Source: Octopus bimaculoides
Taxonomy: Eukaryota
Assembly (NCBI RefSeq): GCF_001194135.2
Contig: NC_068982.1
Coordinates: 115,670,515-115,717,358 of the forward strand
DNA: 46,844 nucleotides
Direction: 5' to 3'
In this document: positions 1 to 46,844 of the stretch, one piece after another
Layout: the number at the start of each line of letters is the position of its first letter
Numbering within the stretch: position 1 is the stretch's first letter
Translations under genes and position numbers: made by a program
Notes under the pieces: generated by a model
Databases searched by the model: none
The model's input: only the letters and a program-made list of their open reading frames with translations
Told to the model about the DNA's origin: nothing

Positions 1-107
1 TATATATATATATATATATATATAGGTACATATATATAATATATACGTCTCTCTCTCTTTCTCTCTCTCTCTCATTATATATATATATTAACATTTGTTT
101 CTTACAT

Positions 108-149
<42 letters not shown>

Positions 150-152
<3 letters not shown>

Positions 153-1105
153 TAAGAAGCGTGTGACAACCACTGTTTTTCTTTATTATAATAATAAATA
201 TCTATTACAAAGAAGGACAATACAGGACGTTACAAACATAATCATATATATACATAAATTAAAAATTTTCACAAACTTATTTTCACAAAATATGGCTGGA
301 ATGCCTGCGACTACACCTCACTTCTACCATGGGTGGAATTAAGTAGGGACAGTCATTCTCAACTTCCTCATATATACTTCACGACAGGTGTCTTCTCTCC
401 AGCCCTATCTTGCTCTTCAGATGGTACCTGAAGTAGAATAGCAAACCAAGGTCAGAGATGAAGGATCCTGTCATGATTCCTTGCATTCTAGTTCTCCATG
501 CTCACTCTTTCATTACTGTGACTGTACACAGAAAACATACCTCACCTTCCTCTGATAGTCCGGTTGGTGGTCCAATATTCATCACAGACTTAGCTGATAG
601 CTGTACTTTTCCCAGGTGCAACAACACGTGTTCTACGTAAATTATCAAGCCAGAAAGCTCTGTGCACTGTACAAGAGTGTGCAGGACAGTTTCATCATCC
701 TGCCCACACCTTGGGCATGCTGGTGGCACTGATATTCCGTGCCTGGACAATTTATCACAGACAGGTAATGCATCCCTGTAACACTGCCAGGTCAGGGATC
801 TTTGGTAATTATCCAAATACCCCGACCCGAAGGTTTTTTGAAACAGGTTGGCTAGCTGGTTCTCATCGAACACTAGAGCCTCTCATAGGATGTTATCGCT
901 CTTATACTCTGTCATCCCTTTATAAAATACAGAGGTGATATTCCCGCTGCTGGACTTGCTTGTCCTGTGGATTAGTGTGAGTGGCTTTCGGCATTCCTTT
1001 TGCCATTCAGTCGTATTTTGTCTTTTAATCAAATCGGGTGTAAATTCCTCCAAGGAGGCGGGTCGTGGAAAGAATTCCCCTGCAAGCAAATTCCACACCT
1101 GGTTT
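150..1105 (-). mobile_element. Decayed 3' part of an L1/Tx1-type LINE ORF2
   Basis: ORF 502-873(-) has the zf-RVT-type motif WQCYRDALP...CPRCGQDDETVLHTLVQC; the flanking frames continue with stops and frameshifts. Ends approximate. Confidence 0.75.
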
Positions 1106-1723
1106 GCGAAGACCTGTTGAGGCAAGTAAATTTGGAATTTGAAATTTGAAATCTGAAATCGAAATCGAACCGCATCCAATGACTGGCACCCATGCCAACC
1201 TCTCCTTCATTGGAGACTAAACTCTGCTTGTGAAGACCTGTTGGGGCAAGTGAAATCGAAATCGTAATTGAACCATACTCGATGACTGGCACCTGCACCA
1301 GTGGAGCACTAACAGCACTGTCGAGCGTGTTCATTGCCAGGGCAGCTGCCTGGCTTCCGTGTTAGTGGCCTGTAAATAGCGCCATTTGAACGTAATCGTT
1401 ACCAGCGTTGCCTTCTAGCACTTGTGCTGGTGGCACATTAGAAAATCATTGGACTGGCTCCCGTGCAGGTGGCATGTAAAAAACACCTTTTTGAGCGTGG
1501 CCGTTACCAGTACCATGTGACTAGCCCTCGTGCCGGTAGCACATAAAAGCACCCGCTATACTCTCAGAGTGGTTGGCATTTGGAAGGGCATCCAGCTGTA
1601 GAAACTCTGCCAGATCAGATTGGAGCCTGGTGCAGCCTTCTGGCATGCCAGTCCTCAGTCAAATCGTCCAACCCATGCTAGCATGGAAAGCAGACATTAA
1701 ACGATGATGATGATGATGATGAT
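1105..1723 (+). mobile_element. SINE with RTE-like 3' end and (GAT)n tail, long copy with internal dimer
   Basis: 3' end aacccatgctagcatggaaagcagacattaaac(gat)n recurs through the window. Internal ~120-bp duplication (gaagacctgttg..ggcaagt..gactggcacc at ~1109 and ~1232) and short gtgcYggtggca repeats. Confidence 0.7.
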
Positions 1724-1732
1724 ACATATATT

Positions 1733-1821
<89 letters not shown>

Positions 1822-1921
1822 TCATGACTACATAATCACCTAAACATTCAGTAAAAGCCAAAGAAAGCATGGTACAAGCTACTAAGTCATGTAAATCATA
1901 CTTGTGAATAATTGCTATGAA

Positions 1922-1952
<31 letters not shown>

Positions 1953-2076
1953 GTGCATGCGCATTGCAACGTATATTGCAAGGGCTACAAACATTGATTA
2001 GGTCAACTAAGTACAGAAAGTAGAAACAACTGTATGATGCATTATTGAATAAATCTACCTTATTTTTCTTTGATTA

Positions 2077-2290
2077 TACAGAGTGTCCACAAAGTCTGGG
2101 TACATGGGGATTAACACATACTTTCAGAAATTATCATTTCTTATATTTAATTGTTTATGTTATGATTTTATTTACTCCATGTACCCACATGGGGATTAAC
2201 ACATACTTCAAGAAATTATCATTTCTTATATTTAATTGTTTGTTATGATTTTATTTACTCCATGTACCCAGACTTTGTGGACATCCTGTA
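2077..2290. mobile_element. Tc1/mariner-type MITE with internal ~85-bp dimer
   Basis: TIRs TACAGAGTGTCCACAAAGTCTGGGTACATGG / CCATGTACCCAGACTTTGTGGACATCCTGTA; TA at both ends; no coding capacity. Confidence 0.9.
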
Positions 2291-2395
2291 TAATCCTTAT
2301 ATAGATATACATATATATTTATTTATTATCTACTTATCATCTCTACTCTTTTGACTAACTTACAGCTTCTGAATCTAACAAAAACACAAGTGGCC

Positions 2396-46207
<43,812 letters not shown>

Positions 46208-46685
46208 GTAAGAACGCTGTTGCTGTTATTGTTGGAAAATTGAAGCTTACATTTTAAGTTCTACTGTTGTTGTTGTTATAGTTGTTGTTGTCATTGTAAT
46301 TGTTGTCATCATTGTCATCGTTGTTGTCAAGTGAATTTTTGTCCAGTTCCTTTTGATGAGAAGATCATTAACAAAGATAGTTAATTGAATATCTATGTTC
46401 AGTCCACAGCTTGAGTTACTCCAATGTAAGATGTCATCTGGTATGGCAGACAGACATAAAGGACAAGTTCACCTACTACATAAGAGCACATCCACTGGCT
46501 TGCTATTGTTGATGATGATGATGATGTTGCTGCTACTTATGTTATATTTGTGATTGTTGTTGTGTTCCTATTGTTGTCGTTGTAGTTGTTGTTGTTGTTG
46601 TTGTTATTATTGTTGTTGATGTTGATGGTGATGATGATGGTGGTGATGGTGGTGATGAAAATGATGATGATGATAACAATGATAA

Positions 46686-46723
<38 letters not shown>

Positions 46724-46844
46724 GAGTGAGAGAGCAATGCGTGCCATCAAAGTGACACTAGGGAAAAATATACAAAGCCCAGTATACCCATCATGACTAC
46801 CGTGTGTGTGTGTGTATACATACATACATATATATATATATATA

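Overview
Eukaryotic, repeat- and microsatellite-rich genomic DNA from a draft assembly with 7 N-gaps. The SINE families and microsatellite load suggest an octopus, but that is inference. The window holds the 5' part of one large + strand cadherin gene most like Drosophila Cad87A: 13 coding exons (2396-46207, 1479 nt, 493 codons) splice in frame into a signal peptide, four complete cadherin repeats and the start of a fifth. The gene continues past the window end and has a 14.4-kb GC-AG intron. The introns are filled with decayed mobile DNA: three mariners, a DD37D maT element, Tc1 and hAT MITEs, a near-complete Gypsy, Tx1/RTE/R4/Penelope-like fragments and several SINE families. The most notable non-coding finds are: (i) a hammerhead ribozyme with an intact catalytic core and an unusually long structured stem II (3849-3984, -), plus a second core-mutated one (11098-11175, +); (ii) a 695-bp miniature LTR retroelement (TRIM-like) with two 147-bp LTRs, a tRNA-Ser PBS and a PPT (12724-13418); (iii) two large near-perfect intronic hairpins on either side of exon 8.
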